From: Takakia lepidozioides
Lineage: Eukaryota; Plantae; Bryophyta
DNA: 64,000 nt
Direction: 5' to 3'
Assembly (NCBI GenBank): GCA_030704615.1
Contig: CM060731.1
Span: forward strand, 67,766,001-67,830,000
The position numbers and the translations under genes were made by a program. Every line of letters begins with the position of its first letter. The stretch's first letter is position 1. Below are positions 33,092 to 46,059 of the stretch, piece by piece. The notes under the pieces are model-generated. The model saw only the letters and a list, made by a program, of their open reading frames with translations. It was not told the DNA's origin and searched no databases.

Positions 33092-33873
33092 CAGTGTTGG
33101 GCGGTTACCCGCGGGGACCCAGGTTAACCGCCGTTTCAGGTTCAGGTTAACCGGAACCCGGCCCATTCCTACAGAACCTGACCCGGAACCGGAACCTGCC
33201 AATGGGGATCGGCGCAGAACCGAACCGGCGGTTCCTGCTGGGTGTGAGAACCGGAGAACCGGGCGCAGGGGGATAAAAACAGGTTCGGGTTCTTGACCCC
33301 TTGGTGGGGCTGGTGGGCCCAGGGCAAAACTTATTTAATGCTCTCAAGCTCCTGAGATCCTGGGTTCAATGCTTGAAGGCCATGAGATTCTATGTTCAAT
33401 GCTTCAGGGCCATGAGATCTTGGGTTCAATCTCCAGCTCCATGATATCCTGGCTAAGTTCATTAATAAAATGTTTGAAGATGCCAATACTTGCCAGGTAG
33501 CTGAATAGTACTTTCAACCAATAAAATTTTACCCATTTTCTTCTACCAGTTTATTTAGAGTATTTTTGTTTGTTTTTTTGTGTTAGTGAAAACTAACAAA
33601 ATCGTTGGATTTTTGTTCAAATATGTGAATACACTGCTATTTAATCTACCGGATTGATAAAATATTTTAAATCTAATTAAATTAAACAAATATATTTAAA
33701 ATAGAACCTGAACCTAACCGGAACCGATGGTTTTTATCAGCAACAAACCGGTAACCGGAACCGCCCCCATGTTTAAAAGTTGGATCTGGAACCGGATCCG
33801 GAACCGTCTCTTGAAATAATTGTGGAACCGGAACCGAAGGTTCCTTCACAAAAGCAAGAACCGCCCAACACTG
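33092..33873. mobile_element. Non-autonomous hAT element (782 bp)
   Basis: Perfect 15-bp TIR CAGTGTTGGGCGGTT / AACCGCCCAACACTG. Perfect 8-bp TSD GTCCTAAC (33084-33091, 33874-33881). Subterminal ACCGGAACC repeats. Confidence 0.95.
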
Positions 33874-36067
33874 GTCCTAACCTTTCCCGCCCTCTGTTAC
33901 AAGAGACGCTATACCTACCTGCCATTCCTGATAATATTATGAATGTGTTCCTTTCCAGTCTTATAAAAACCGCCGGTGTAGCTGGAACTGAAGTTGCGAG
34001 AAGTGCAATAGAAGCATGCGTACGCAAGCAAGCGAAGAAAGGTGTGAAGCTGCAGGAGAGGGGGAGCCTCGCCATGGACAAGACTCCTTATTATTGCATA
34101 GTGAAGGGTGTGCTGTGGTGCAGGCATGTCTTCCTTTACTGCAAAAAGCGTGGGCTGTTTCCGTTCTCTCTAATCATCACCTCCTCACATTTTGCATTAC
34201 TATATGACACAAATACAAATAACCACCCTCATCATGCCGCCCTCTTCACCCACAATCGGCTTTCATTATTTTGAGAGTCAGTCGAGGACCAGTTTCTGCA
34301 TCACATTTCGATTTGATTACCGTACATCACCCAGATCAACGATCAATACATAAATTTGGAACAACTGGGACCCACGCCTCTAACTTCACTCCCATATTTT
34401 CAGTACTGATTCCTCTCTAAAGTAAGACAAATCTTGATCCGCTTCTCAACTTCACCATTCATTGACTCTGCCCCAAAGCCTTCAGTCATGCCTCAACCTT
34501 CGGATAAACTGGCGCTCTACATATGGTGCTCTACATAGTGCGCACCTCTCACCTTGCCCGACCCGTCGTCTTCCCCTTGACTTCCACCACCATTCAACCG
34601 ACCCCAATATCCCCGCAAAGCCAGCAAACTCCAAGGGCGGCAGCCCTCCCACCCCCCCCCAACTTGCCGGCCCACCTTGAGCGACCACAATCGCCTAAAT
34701 CAGGGCTGCTCGAGGCAGTCGTTAGGGACAGTCGTTAGGGACGACGGCCTCAGTCATCAGCCCCAGTCCAAGCGGCCACTCTGCCGTCTTAAGAACGGCT
34801 GACGTTCACGGTCGGGCCGCCGTGTCGGGCGGCCGGCCGCGAGGGCCGGGTGCCCCGGGTCATTATTATCGGGCCCGACCCCACCCGCTGGACCCCGCCC
34901 CTGCCTGCGCGGGCCCGTTGCTTGGCACCCGGCCTGTTATGGCGACGACCAGCCGCAATCCGGCGCCAACGTGGCGCAGCGCTGTCGTGCCGGGTGCGCA
35001 AGGGACGGCTCGGGTGGGTCACCCACCCGCGCCCCGCGCCCTTCCTTTTGAGGGGCTCCACGGCAGCTACCCTACCTACTTATTTACCATCCCGCGACTA
35101 TCAAAGTCTACACGATTTCAACCCGTGCGAAATATGGGCAACAGTAACGGGACAAACGATTAACTGAGCGGAAAGATAGGCATAAGATGTTTTGCGGGGC
35201 CTAAAAAATGCGACTATGTGTGTTGTGTAGACATCGAACCCGAGATCACCGCGCACTTTCACCAAGTTACTCTCACTGGTGGTGAGATTGGTACGCGTAC
35301 CTCGTCTGTACAATACGTCGTACAGCATTTTACTTCCAGCACTGTACACGTCATTTGTTTCTTCCGGACCGCCCTACTGACGCGCGACGGCGACGGTAGC
35401 CGGTCGTGTTACCGGCTGTCGGCGGTGGGTGCAGAGCCGGACAAACGCATCGTGATGGGTCATCATGGGTGATGATAGCGTCTGTGCCAGCCCATGTGCA
35501 TGAGCATCATTATGAGGCATGTGCCATGTGATATAGCCGAATTGTTTTTTCTTTTTCGGTTTCGGGCACGTATTATCGTCGTTTCGGCTTATTCCCCGCA
35601 GGCTCTTGGATTCCAAGACTGCATTTGTCCGCTCACATCCGAAGCGGCTCCTGCTCGGATTTTCTATTCGGAAACCGAGCGCGAGAGAATCCAGACTCGC
35701 TTGGGCACCGCAAGCGTCCAAGCGGCCACTGAATCAAGAGAATTCTGAATGACTGCTTTTGAACAACCTGCTGATGATACCGGTGCTCGCTGGTTTCCAA
35801 ATGAAGAGCAAAACTGTTCCGAAAGCCTCATTAATGCCAGCCTCGGTCTCTACAGTCTACACTGTGTTGCAGCCGTTCATGAAGAGAACCCATGTCCCAC
35901 CACTGCGAAGGATCTGACCGGCGACGAAATTAGCGGGGCGGCAGGGGAGAGAGAGGGGCAGAGCAGGCGTGCCATGTCTGCGGCAGCATCTCTGGACATC
36001 GACACACATCTCATCACATAAACCGGAGCAGCAAATGGAAGAGGAGTGGTAAGTTGTATGTAGCATA

Positions 36068-36100
36068 GAGAGTAGAGAGTAGAGAGTAGAGAGTAGAGAG
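36068..36100. repeat. (GAGAGTA)n minisatellite
   Basis: About 4.5 copies, direct read. Confidence 0.85.
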
Positions 36101-37254
36101 ACAGCTCGGGTCTCGAGTCTCGAGTCTCGACGTCTCGAACCATTACTGCAATTTCCAAATCGCGCTGCGATGATTGATGGGCTGATGATGGCTAATTGTG
36201 AATGTATGATTACGGGGTCGCACAGATGTTTGGTGTTTGTGTGATAAAATTGCGCGGCCATGATTGTGCAGGGATGCGAGGGTGGGAGGGCAGGGTGGGG
36301 CCGCACCCCCCATGTGCAGCAGTGTAGGGTGGCTATATTTGCACGGGGGAGGGGGGAGACATGTTGCAGCAGAGCACGAGGGAGGGCGCAGAAGGGGGAG
36401 CGATGAAGGCGCGGAGCGCAGGCAATGGGGGCGCACGCATGCGTGCGGCGGGGCCCGCCGCCATCGCACGTCGCTTGGCGCTGCGCTACACTTGGGCTGT
36501 CTGCTATGCGACTGCTGCGTTTGCTGTCGTGTTTCTCTTGCCACCCGCCGTTGCCGCTGCTGCCAGTTATGAACTCGATCGATTGCAGCTCGAGTGTGGA
36601 GCTCGCTCTGCCCAGCATGCAAATCAGTCGGGCTCACTGTTGTGTCTGATCTCTCTGGATAGATTTAGAAGCGCTTGACTTGCTGCTTTCCCGAGAGGTC
36701 AAAGCATTCGCGCTTTGCTGATGGGTGTTGCCTGCCATTGCTGCAAGCTTAATAAAACTCCCGAGATTTTAGTGAAACTGGATGGTCCAGTGCGTAGAGT
36801 GATATTCGTGGCTGCAAATAGGATGAAGAGAGCACAAAAAGCAGCATCCTCTTTGTCATTGCATGTTGTCCCGGAATTGTCTTGAAAAGAATCAAAAGCC
36901 CAATTCAGTTGTTTACACAATTTATGCACAACTCAACAATAAGCCACTATGTAACGCCAATCCTTCCCAAAAAAGAATTAAACAAAGAAAATTGGACATC
37001 CAACAAGCTGTCCGAACAAAGGTGGCTATAGCATGCGCGCCCCACATAGCCAAAGTTAGCGGGTGTTTAGTAGTAAGGTAATGCTAAGAAAAGGGGGTAG
37101 CAATAGTAATGGAGTGTTTTGCTCAAAAAAGAGGTATCTATGGTAGAGGAACACCTTCATATACCTTCATCCAGATTTAATTGATTCACATGACATCCAA
37201 AGACACCAATGTTCATCTTTCTTCCTCCTACTAAGTCTACATCCTTGAGCATCC

Positions 37255-37330
37255 GATAGATGGCCTAGTGGTTAAAGGCGCAAGGCCGGCTTACAAGTGG
37301 TTCTGGGTTCAAAGCCACATAGTTGTATGT
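37255..37330 (+). repeat. tRNA-derived SINE-like head
   Basis: A-box-like TGGCCTAGTGG and B-box-like GGTTCAAAGCC at tRNA-like spacing; no complete cloverleaf. Confidence 0.45.
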
Positions 37331-38199
37331 CACCCATTGCGGCGAATTATGAAAGGGGGTTAATTCAGTCAATCAGTTACTTAATGTGTCTAGAGACATT
37401 GGAGGGTTATAGACAACCCCCTTGCCCTAGTGACGAAGTTGACCATGTGTAAGTCGAGAAGTTGGGCATTTATAGTGTCAAATTCTATTATGGTTTGAGG
37501 GATGAAGTAGGGTGGGTCATAGCACTTGAGATTTTCATCCGTAATGTGGGATGAAAGGAGGATCACTCACCCGGATGAAGGCGAGGATATGGATGACGGA
37601 AGAAAATAGCCTACTGATGAGTTATATCCTAGGCAGAGGATGAACCCAAAGTCATCCAGAAGTTTGGGACAAAGAGAGCGAACCAATTACGCACAAGCGG
37701 CTCGGCACCTAATTGATGAGATATATTGGTAGCAAGGAATATAATCGGGTAATTTAAAAGCAAGTTTGTCCAATATGCTTTTGTAATATTTAGAGATATG
37801 TAATGTTGGTGAGATGCATTTGTCCAAACATGCTCTAATTGAGAGCCATAAAAAAAGAATTGGAGAAGTTGCATTACAAAAAAATAAATTATATTTATAT
37901 TTTTTTATATTTTTTTTGGTTAACAGGGTTGGAGCCCTGGTTAACTTTATTCTGAAATATTTTTGGTGGGCGCGGCCCTTACATAGATGGTTATTGGGAG
38001 GGAAAAAATTAAACCCTCTGACAGTTCGTTATTACTCATCATGAGTGGTTAGGCTCCGATTGGCTTTTTTTTTCGTAGTGCTGCTAAGTGGTGGCGATCC
38101 CACCGGATTCAATACTGTATGTATCTCAAAACCATAGCTGCTAGGGTCAAAAACTAGCTACGGTTAGGCCTGCTCCAGCGGATTGCTTGCCCGACGGAC

Positions 38200-41100
38200 C
38201 TAGCGGAAGCTGAGCCTGGAGGCCTTTGATGATTGCTTAACGTGCTTCCAGTTGATATCCCTGTCAAATTCCGGCGAGGCTGTGGACGGTACCCGTGCGT
38301 CTCTCCAAGCCCTTGGGGGCAGTTTGTTCCAGTCACAGCGATCCGGATTGGGGCTGTTGCAGATAATCCCATTCCGCCCCCAGGTCGCGATGAAGGTAGA
38401 GTGTAGGTGGGAAGCTTGTTGGTCCGATCGTGCCCTCTCGATATTTGCACATAGTTTTTTCCACGCTTTCATGGCTTCAATTTGTATGTCTATGTAGATT
38501 TTTGCGAGGAGTGAGGAAGTTCTAGTTGTTTTTGCATTGAAAGTTTTTTCGCATCTGATTTTCCAGAGGTGCCAGAGCGTAGCGCTTCTAAGAGTATCAT
38601 AAACTGGGCAGTGATTGGCTTTCATTTTTGTTGCTGGGTCATAATTCAGCAGAATGGCCGCCGGTGTGAGGTTTATGTGTCCCCAGGTTCTGTAGAAGCT
38701 TGCGACGAGGGGCCAGACTGCAGCTGGTTTGTGACAATGAAGCAGACAGTGCTCTATTGTTTCCATTAGGGCAGCCGAACAGCATTTGCAGAGGAGGGCA
38801 GCATCAAATCCCAACCATTCCCCCACTTTTTATTGCCATGTTTGCAATTTGCCAGAGAAACGCTGCTACCTTGGCTGGTCTTGTTTTGTTCCAGATCGTC
38901 CCCCAGATGGAGTTCCAATTTTCAATCTGGAAGTTCAGGTGACTCCATCTTTTGTTCCATTTACCCAATAGGGGCTGGGGGTTCAGCATTGCCGAGTATG
39001 CTTTTATGGTTGTGTACTCAAAAAATGGCTTGGAGGATGGCCTGAAATTCCACCGCCACTCTTTGGGATCCATGTCCAGATCCTGTAGGGGTCTCCCACC
39101 TATCCATACAAATGTTTGGTTGGCCAGCTAGTTAATCAGGGAAGTGGTGAGCGGTGGGAGAGGGTTCATCTCCTTTGCTGGGGATGACCACCAGCAGACC
39201 CTTATGGGGGTGTGGGTGAAACGAGGGGTGGGTAGTGGTTGACGGTTTTGAAGTCAAGCACATATGGTCGAATGCCAGCTTCCGGACTAAAGATCAAATT
39301 GCGGCCTCCGTAGGTGCAGTCAGAGCCACCAAGTCATACGATACCATACTCCGATCAGTGTCTGCACTGTGGCTACCTAACCTTATTAAAGGCCCACTAA
39401 TGCCCAATGACACTTTCTGGACGTTGGGTATAATCGACAACACTATTACCATTCTGCTTGTCACCGGAATAACCGAACACCAATTCTCCGGTTATCACTT
39501 TCACTGCGAAGTGAACTCCATGGATTGGCGGAGGGTTTCTTCGAATGATTCCGGGTCTGATTTGTCAGATAGGGCCTGAGTCTGATTTGTCAGATAGGGC
39601 CTGAGCTTGGCCCATGCCTGCCAAATTGCCATCCACAGGGGGGATCCTACTTGTTTATGTTTGAACCCGTTTACCATCCATCTATAAGAGGGATTCTAGA
39701 TAACCGTCTTCAGAGGAGAGGCCAAGGCAATGTTGTCGCTTACCAGGTGTTTCCAGGCCCCTCCTTCTGGTCCCATAAATCTGGGGATCCATTTTGCTAG
39801 GAGTGCAGTAAACTGAGTTTGTGGGTCTATAATGCCTAGTCCCCCTTTCTTCTTTGGTAGGCATATCTGCTTCCACGACACCTGTGGCCTTTTTTTCTCT
39901 GAGGGGTGCTTAGCCCCCCAGACAAAGTTGCGCAGGAGCTTTTTCATTTCATTCACTTGCATTTCGTTGGGCCTCCATGCCGAGGCGAAATACCATTGGC
40001 CAGCTGATAGGACCTGGTTGGCTACCAGCACCCTACCAGTAAAAGACAAATGGTAGTTGCCCCAATGAGCCAGCTTGGTTTTAAATCTGTTTTGCGTTGC
40101 CTCAAAAATCTGTTGCTCCGATAGATCTATGCCATACGTATAACCTAGCAAGGTTGTTGATTGCCTTGGTTTCAGCCATCTAAGACCTTTATCCAGAGGT
40201 TTCTCCCACTAGAAGGGCACACATTTTGCCCCAGTTAACCTTGAATCCAAAGGCCTGGCAAAATTCTTGTAGTAAACTGCTGGCATTATCTAGATTGGAG
40301 CGTGTGGCCTGTAAAGCTAGGAACGCATCATCTACGAACATGGATTCCTTAATTTGTTGCGTCTGGCTAGTGAAGTGATTTGTAATATGAAGACCTGTGA
40401 TGTGGTGACTTGCCTCCATCATATGGCCCAACGTGTTTGCTGCTATAATGAAGAGGAAGGGAGACAGGGGGCACCCGGCGTACCGACCGGAGCAGTGGAA
40501 ATGACTTGGATAGATGTCCATTGAGGATAGCCCTACTGGACGACCCCATCAATAGTGTTTGAACCCTTGAGCAGAACTCCTGGGAAATTCCCACCCTGTG
40601 GAGTGCCCCGAGTAGGAAGGACCACTCCACTCTATTGAATGCCTTCTCAAAGTCAAGAAGAAGCATTGCAATAGCCTGGTTGGTTTTTTTTGCAAAGACT
40701 GGGATTTCCTGAGCCAGCAGCAAGTTATCTAGTATATATTTGCCTTTAATGAAGCCAGTTTGGCTGGGTCTAATGATGACTAGGAGGTGGGGCTGCAGGC
40801 GGATTGCCAAGGCTTTGGCAATTATCTTGTAGGCCACGTTCAGCAGGGTTATGGGTCTATAATTACCAATGTTTGTTCTGTCCCCTTTCTTAAAAAAGAG
40901 GATGATGACCCCTTGTGATAGCTGGGGTGGCATGCTCCGAGTGAGAAAGATGTGGTTAGCCATCTCCAGAAAATCTTGCGCTACGTGTGTCCACAACGAT
41001 TTATAGAACTCAGCCGGGATTCCATCAAGGCCTGGGGATTTACCGTTTTGAAGCTTGTCCAATGCGTCCTGCAGCTCTATGTCCGTGAATTCACCATCCA

Positions 41101-42568
41101 GTGACAGGGCCTCCGAGGGATGCATCAGTTTAGGGGTGTGAACTAGGCTGTGGGTCTGCTCAGATGGTAGTCATGTCACAACCCATCCAGCAGTTACATG
41201 AAAGAAAATCATGTTTGTACAACCTCTTGCATAGCTTAGGTTGGCAACTCGAATCGCTGTGAAACTGGTTCCTGAAGTGGCTGGCAGCCAATGCCGCCAG
41301 CTCCTTGGGTGTTTTTGCTGAGTGGCCGGAGATAGGGTCCCTAAGTTCCGCGATGGAGTGGGCCGTTTTTTTCTGCCTGGCTTTATCAAAAAAATATTTG
41401 GTCATCTTCTCACCCTTTGTTGACCAGTTCATACCAACCTGGAGCCTAAACTTCTCTTCCTTGAGCGATTGGAAGAGTTCCATATTCTTCTTTGCTTCCA
41501 GATACGTTTGGTAAGTAGTTTCGTCGCATCTAGGGGATTCCATTCTGGTTTGGCAAACCTTGAGGCATTTCGTCAAGGCTTGGAACTTCCTTTTCCTGGC
41601 TTCCGTGATTTGTTTGCTAAGCTTTTTGCTGGCTGCTGCTATTGCGTTCAGTTTGAGAAGGAATTTGTCTACTGGGTTGGTGGAGCCATTCCCCGCTTGA
41701 GACCAAGCTAGCGCTAAACCATGTTTGAAGGCTGGGATGGAAAGGAGGCAGGCGTTCAGCCTATAGATTCCTCTCCCCCTAGCATGAGAGTTTGGGATGG
41801 AAATTGTGGCTGAGACATGTGCATGGTCAAAGCCCACTGGAATGGGCTCTTGGTTATTTCGGGCTGACCACTGGATGATATTTACTGATGCATATATCCT
41901 ATCTAGTCTTGCCATGTTCAGGTGAGATAAGTCCCGACCATTTGACCATGTGAAGAATGGCTGATTGGTCCTATCTGTCTGCTGATGGATCCAGTCAGTC
42001 TCTACCAGGTTATGGTTTTGGGCCAGTTGTTGCCACGTATCCACATCCTCTGAGATCTGTCCCGCCAATCCCAGGCCTCTTCTATCTGTGGCTTGCTCCA
42101 CCATATTGAAGTCCCCAGCAACAATCCATTGGTGGATGCCCTGTTGGGCCATCATGTTGGTTCAGTTCCGACCAGAAAGTTATTCTCTCATGGGTACTAT
42201 TTGGGGCATAAATGCTAACTAACCCCAGTGTGCCAAGGTTGTTTGGCAGGGCTAAGGAGCAAAACTGGGCTCTACCTGATATCCAAGATTCTTCCGAGTG
42301 GATAAGAGTATGAGTGGCTGGCGAGAAAAGCATTGCCGTTCCTCCACGAGTCCCCTCCGAGGTGGGTTTCCAGAGAGAGAAATTCTTTGGCCATAGGTGA
42401 TCTGTAAGACTGTCTATTTTGGCCTTGATTTTGTTTGTGCTCTTGAATGAAGACTATGGTGGTCTGGTTGACTAAGGGACTAAGGTATGAAGATAGCCTA
42501 ACTCTTTTGCGGGAGGAAGGGTCCAAGCCCAGACCCCTTACGTTCCAGGACGTAAGGTTAATCTGCAT
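38200..42568 (-). pseudogene. L1 ORF2 (APE endonuclease, RT, zf-RVT), disrupted
   Basis: SWNVRGL, IQE, IYAPN, GDFN, RLDRIY, FDH; KSPGLDG, NYRPITLLN, LDFEKAF, GCPLSPFLF, FVDD; GGLG; CKCC..ETIEHCLLHC, WKIRC. Multiple frameshifts. Confidence 0.9.
39555..39604. repeat. 25-bp tandem duplication inside L1 ORF2
   Basis: gtctgatttgtcagatagggcctga twice. Confidence 0.85.
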
Positions 42569-45174
42569 CAGGCAGTGTTGTCAGGCTGTGGTCAAGGGAC
42601 CCAAATGATGGCCTGTGAACAAAGAATCTGACTCGTTTGTCGCATGGCAACAATGATTTAACCCATAGGAGGTTTTCGGGGGGCTTTGGGCTTAGCCTTT
42701 TGATTTTGACCACGGCCACCAGGGATAGTTCTCGTGGGTCCTCTTGCATTGGGTTAGGGTGCATCTGAAACTGGTCTTTGTTGGGGATGATGGTAGTGAT
42801 GCATGAGGGGATAACTCTGTCATGTAGCGATCCCCGGTGCAAGGCTTGGTGGATGATATGTCTGATGTTGGCCAGGGGGTGTTTTGACTCCCCTGGTTGT
42901 GTTGGGGGGATGAGGATGGCAGGTAGAGATCGTCTATGCTCCGGCTTATGACGTAGTCCTGGCTTTCTACAAAGCAACCAACATCTCTTCGCATCATTTG
43001 CAATTGGCTGATAAATGAAACAAGGAAGGGTGAGAGGCTGCACCTGGGTTTGGATGGGTTCCTGCGATTGAGTTGCAGGCGGTGGAGAGGCTTCTCCCTT
43101 ACCTTTGGACTGGATCTCCAGATGTAAGGGGGCTGGTGATGAGGCCATTCCAGCTCCCCCTGATACCGAGTCGACTGATGAAGAAGAGGTTGTGGGCAGT
43201 CTTGCTCCTCCCACTTGCTCCCTCGTTCTCTGCAGCTCCATTCGGTGGTTCTCCGCTTCCAACTCCACGTCTAGCCTCATTGAGAGTAGGGTGAAGGTGC
43301 TGCGCAGTGCATCTCTTGTCCTGATCTGGAAACCGCCCTGCCCCCAAACCCTGATAAGCGCCGACTCATTAATCCATAGCGCTCCTGGAGGGGCAGGGGT
43401 ATGATACACCTCTGCTTCCTCAAGAAGAGCCAGGATGTGAGTGGAAGGTTTGGTTGTGAAGCCCGGGTGAACTTCCTTGTATGCCCCTCGGTGATCGTGG
43501 AAAATATAGTGATGAGGTAGTGCTTGAGGTGGGTTTTGAAGAACTCCTGTATTTTTGCCTTTATCCTAGGGTGTGGGTCACTGTTTGGCGGGCATGTGGC
43601 AATGAAGGCCTTGACATCCGCTGTGGTAATCCATAGTGATTCCAGGCACTCTATGTTTCCAGAGGAGATAAGACTGGAGGGAGGCTTACCTTTCCTGAAG
43701 ATCAAGGGAGTAACACAAGATGCCCTGGGGATATCGTCCGAGTCCAACTGTGAACATCCCCCTAGGATCAGTTTGGGGTATGTGTTGAGTCTTGTGAGGC
43801 ACAATCTGGCCAGGATTGGGTTGCTGGCTATACCTGACTGCATGCTTTTGTAAATTCCCCTTGGATCTAGTTCCGGTTTCAGGCCAGCCTTCTGGGATTT
43901 GGATTGCCATTCCCTCCCTTGCTCAGTGCTTTTTCCTTTTCCTTTGTGTGCTGGTGGGAGCATCTTCCCAGCTTCGAGATACATGGGATCTGAGTGTTGT
44001 CCCTGTGTCCTTGGTTCCCTTGGCGTTGGACTGATCTGTAGCAGGTCTGTGTTCTAGGCTATCTTTCCGTGTGCCTCCTTCTGCCCAGGTTGGGGGAGGA
44101 CGTCTTTTCTCCTCCATTGCTGGTTGAGTGGCGGTAGTGGGCCTGACTTGCCTCCTGATCCTGGGGATCTTTTCCTTTTCCCCAAGGGACAGTCAGCTTT
44201 AATATGGCCTGCTTTTCCACAGTTGAAACACGCTGCCGAGGTCTTCTCCTCCAGCAGTCTGATTGTAAAGTAATTACCTTCCTCATCGATGGGGAGTCTT
44301 ACATAGTCCGGGATTATGTCTTCCTCCGGCATCATAAGCACCATTTTTGCGAAACCATTATCATTTGGCCTTGATGCTATTGTGGCATGTTTCCATGCCG
44401 GGTATTTTCTAATGCTTTCAGTGTTCATGAGTGGATCAAACACTCCCAGGCAACCCAGAAAGGACCCAAAGTGGTTGGCAATGTCAGGGATGTTGAGAAG
44501 ATACTGGTCTAGAATATATGGAAGAGATACTATCCTTGGACCCCACAACTTTCCGTTTTTGTGTCCCCACTTTGCTGACCATGGAAAGATATTTATGTTA
44601 AACCCCAGCAAGTGTGGGTTGATCTGGAGGGCTTTTGCCACTGCCTCTTGAGTTTCAAATTGCATGGAGAAGAAGCCTCTCCCTTTGGCGTGGCAGAAAT
44701 GATGCAGGAGCTCACCCTACCCTCCTAAGTGCTTGATTGCCCCAGTCCCTCACAAATGATCTACCCACTTTCTTACCAGGGAAGTGGACGAGGATTCTGT
44801 TGTCTTCCATGCAGGATACCTTGCTTTTGAGGTCTGGCATGTCCACCAGTATAATCTGGTGGTCCCCACTGAGGCCTTCCTGCGTGGTAATGAAGTCTTC
44901 CCCCACCAGGTCGCCCTCCATCTAATTTTGAAACTGAGTCGCCTCCATCTGTTGTCTTGCAGGTGTGAACATCGGCTGAGGTTCCATTGCAAGCTGAAGG
45001 GCTTGAGTTGAAGGTGGTGGTGGGCCCTGCACGGTGTGTGCAATTGTCGGCGGATGAGGATTCGTGGTCACTCTTGGAATCAACTGCCCCCTTCTTTCGC
45101 CAATCCCCCCGATGGATTGAGTTTGGTCTGCAATGAAGTATCCTGTACCGGAAGTTGGGCGGTACCTTGGCCAT
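42558..45174 (-). pseudogene. L1 ORF1 (DUF4283-like region + CCHC zinc knuckle), disrupted
   Basis: KGRGFFSMQFET..NIFPWS and CFNCGKAGHIKADC. Several stops/frameshifts. Its stop overlaps the ORF2 start. Confidence 0.75.
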
Positions 45175-46059
45175 TTGAGAGGACTAGTGGGTCATGTTCG
45201 ATAACCCCTGCCTCGAGCTGAGCTCTGGCCTCTCGAGCTGAATTGCAAGTTCCTTGGTGGAGACATCGTTCGCCGATGAGTTGTCTGCAACTATCATTTA
45301 CTGATAGTAGCCCAGCGATGGCAGCGAGTGCACTTCCGCTTGTCTTGAGAATGAGTAGGTGTTGAGCTTAGGGGCTGGCTGGCTGGGGGCATGGGGGTTT
45401 GTTGGGCACACTGATTATTAGTTCCTACCGCTAAGCCCCTTCATGGGTTCGTCTCGACTGCAGAGCTCGCCGCTTCGAGTTGATAAGTCATTAATAGAGA
45501 CGGCCACTAGATAGCGCTGCCGACCGTGCTAATGATGAAAGCCGTCGTTGGGATTCAGGTTCCCAGGATATGAACTGAAGTATGAAGAAATTGTGCAATA
45601 TGGGAGGCTGTCTCGTGGAGTACTCTTTGATCAGCCTGTACCTATGAATGTCATGCGTGTGCTGCAGCTACTTTAACCCTGGGGGTTCGCTGGATGAGTT
45701 GGATGCTGCCGGGGTTTTGCGATTGGGTTGTGGGAATAATACTGTAAATCAAACAGTAAGTAATATGAATGAAGAGCTAGCTGCATGGAGAACCTGAATA
45801 CCAAAAGTAAAAACACCCTGCTGCACTGTAAACTAAGGATATGGGGAGGGCGAGGGGAGAGAGACGAAGCGACCGTTGAGCGCAGCTCCGCCATCGCTCG
45901 ACCCCCCATTACAATTGTTTTGTTGCTACGGAATAATTACTACTCTATATAATATATATATATTAAAATTTCATACTATTATTGTTGGATAGAAATAAAG
46001 TTTTTTTTTTGTTTTTCTTTGTGAGGAAATAAGCCTGGAACTGAACAAAAAATAGGGAG

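Larger units (their letters stand above)
37900..45900 (-). mobile_element. Near full-length, decayed L1-clade LINE
   Basis: ORF1 and ORF2 remnants in order, 3' UTR with AATAAA + hairpin and an A-rich tail at ~37900-37917. 5' boundary approximate; no TSD resolved. Confidence 0.9.

Noticed and set aside
33780-34274. 164-aa ORF with EP repeats
   Set aside because: The N-terminus is translated hAT subterminal repeat crossing the element boundary; non-ATG start.
30500-36700. Many overlapping 100-250 aa ORFs
   Set aside because: Expected in GC-rich DNA; no recognisable domains and both strands are open.
37255-37330. tRNA gene
   Set aside because: A/B boxes only; acceptor and anticodon stems do not form.
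37870-45915. cattacaa as TSD of the long L1
   Set aside because: The left copy is ~20-30 bp from the tail rather than adjacent to it; not convincing.
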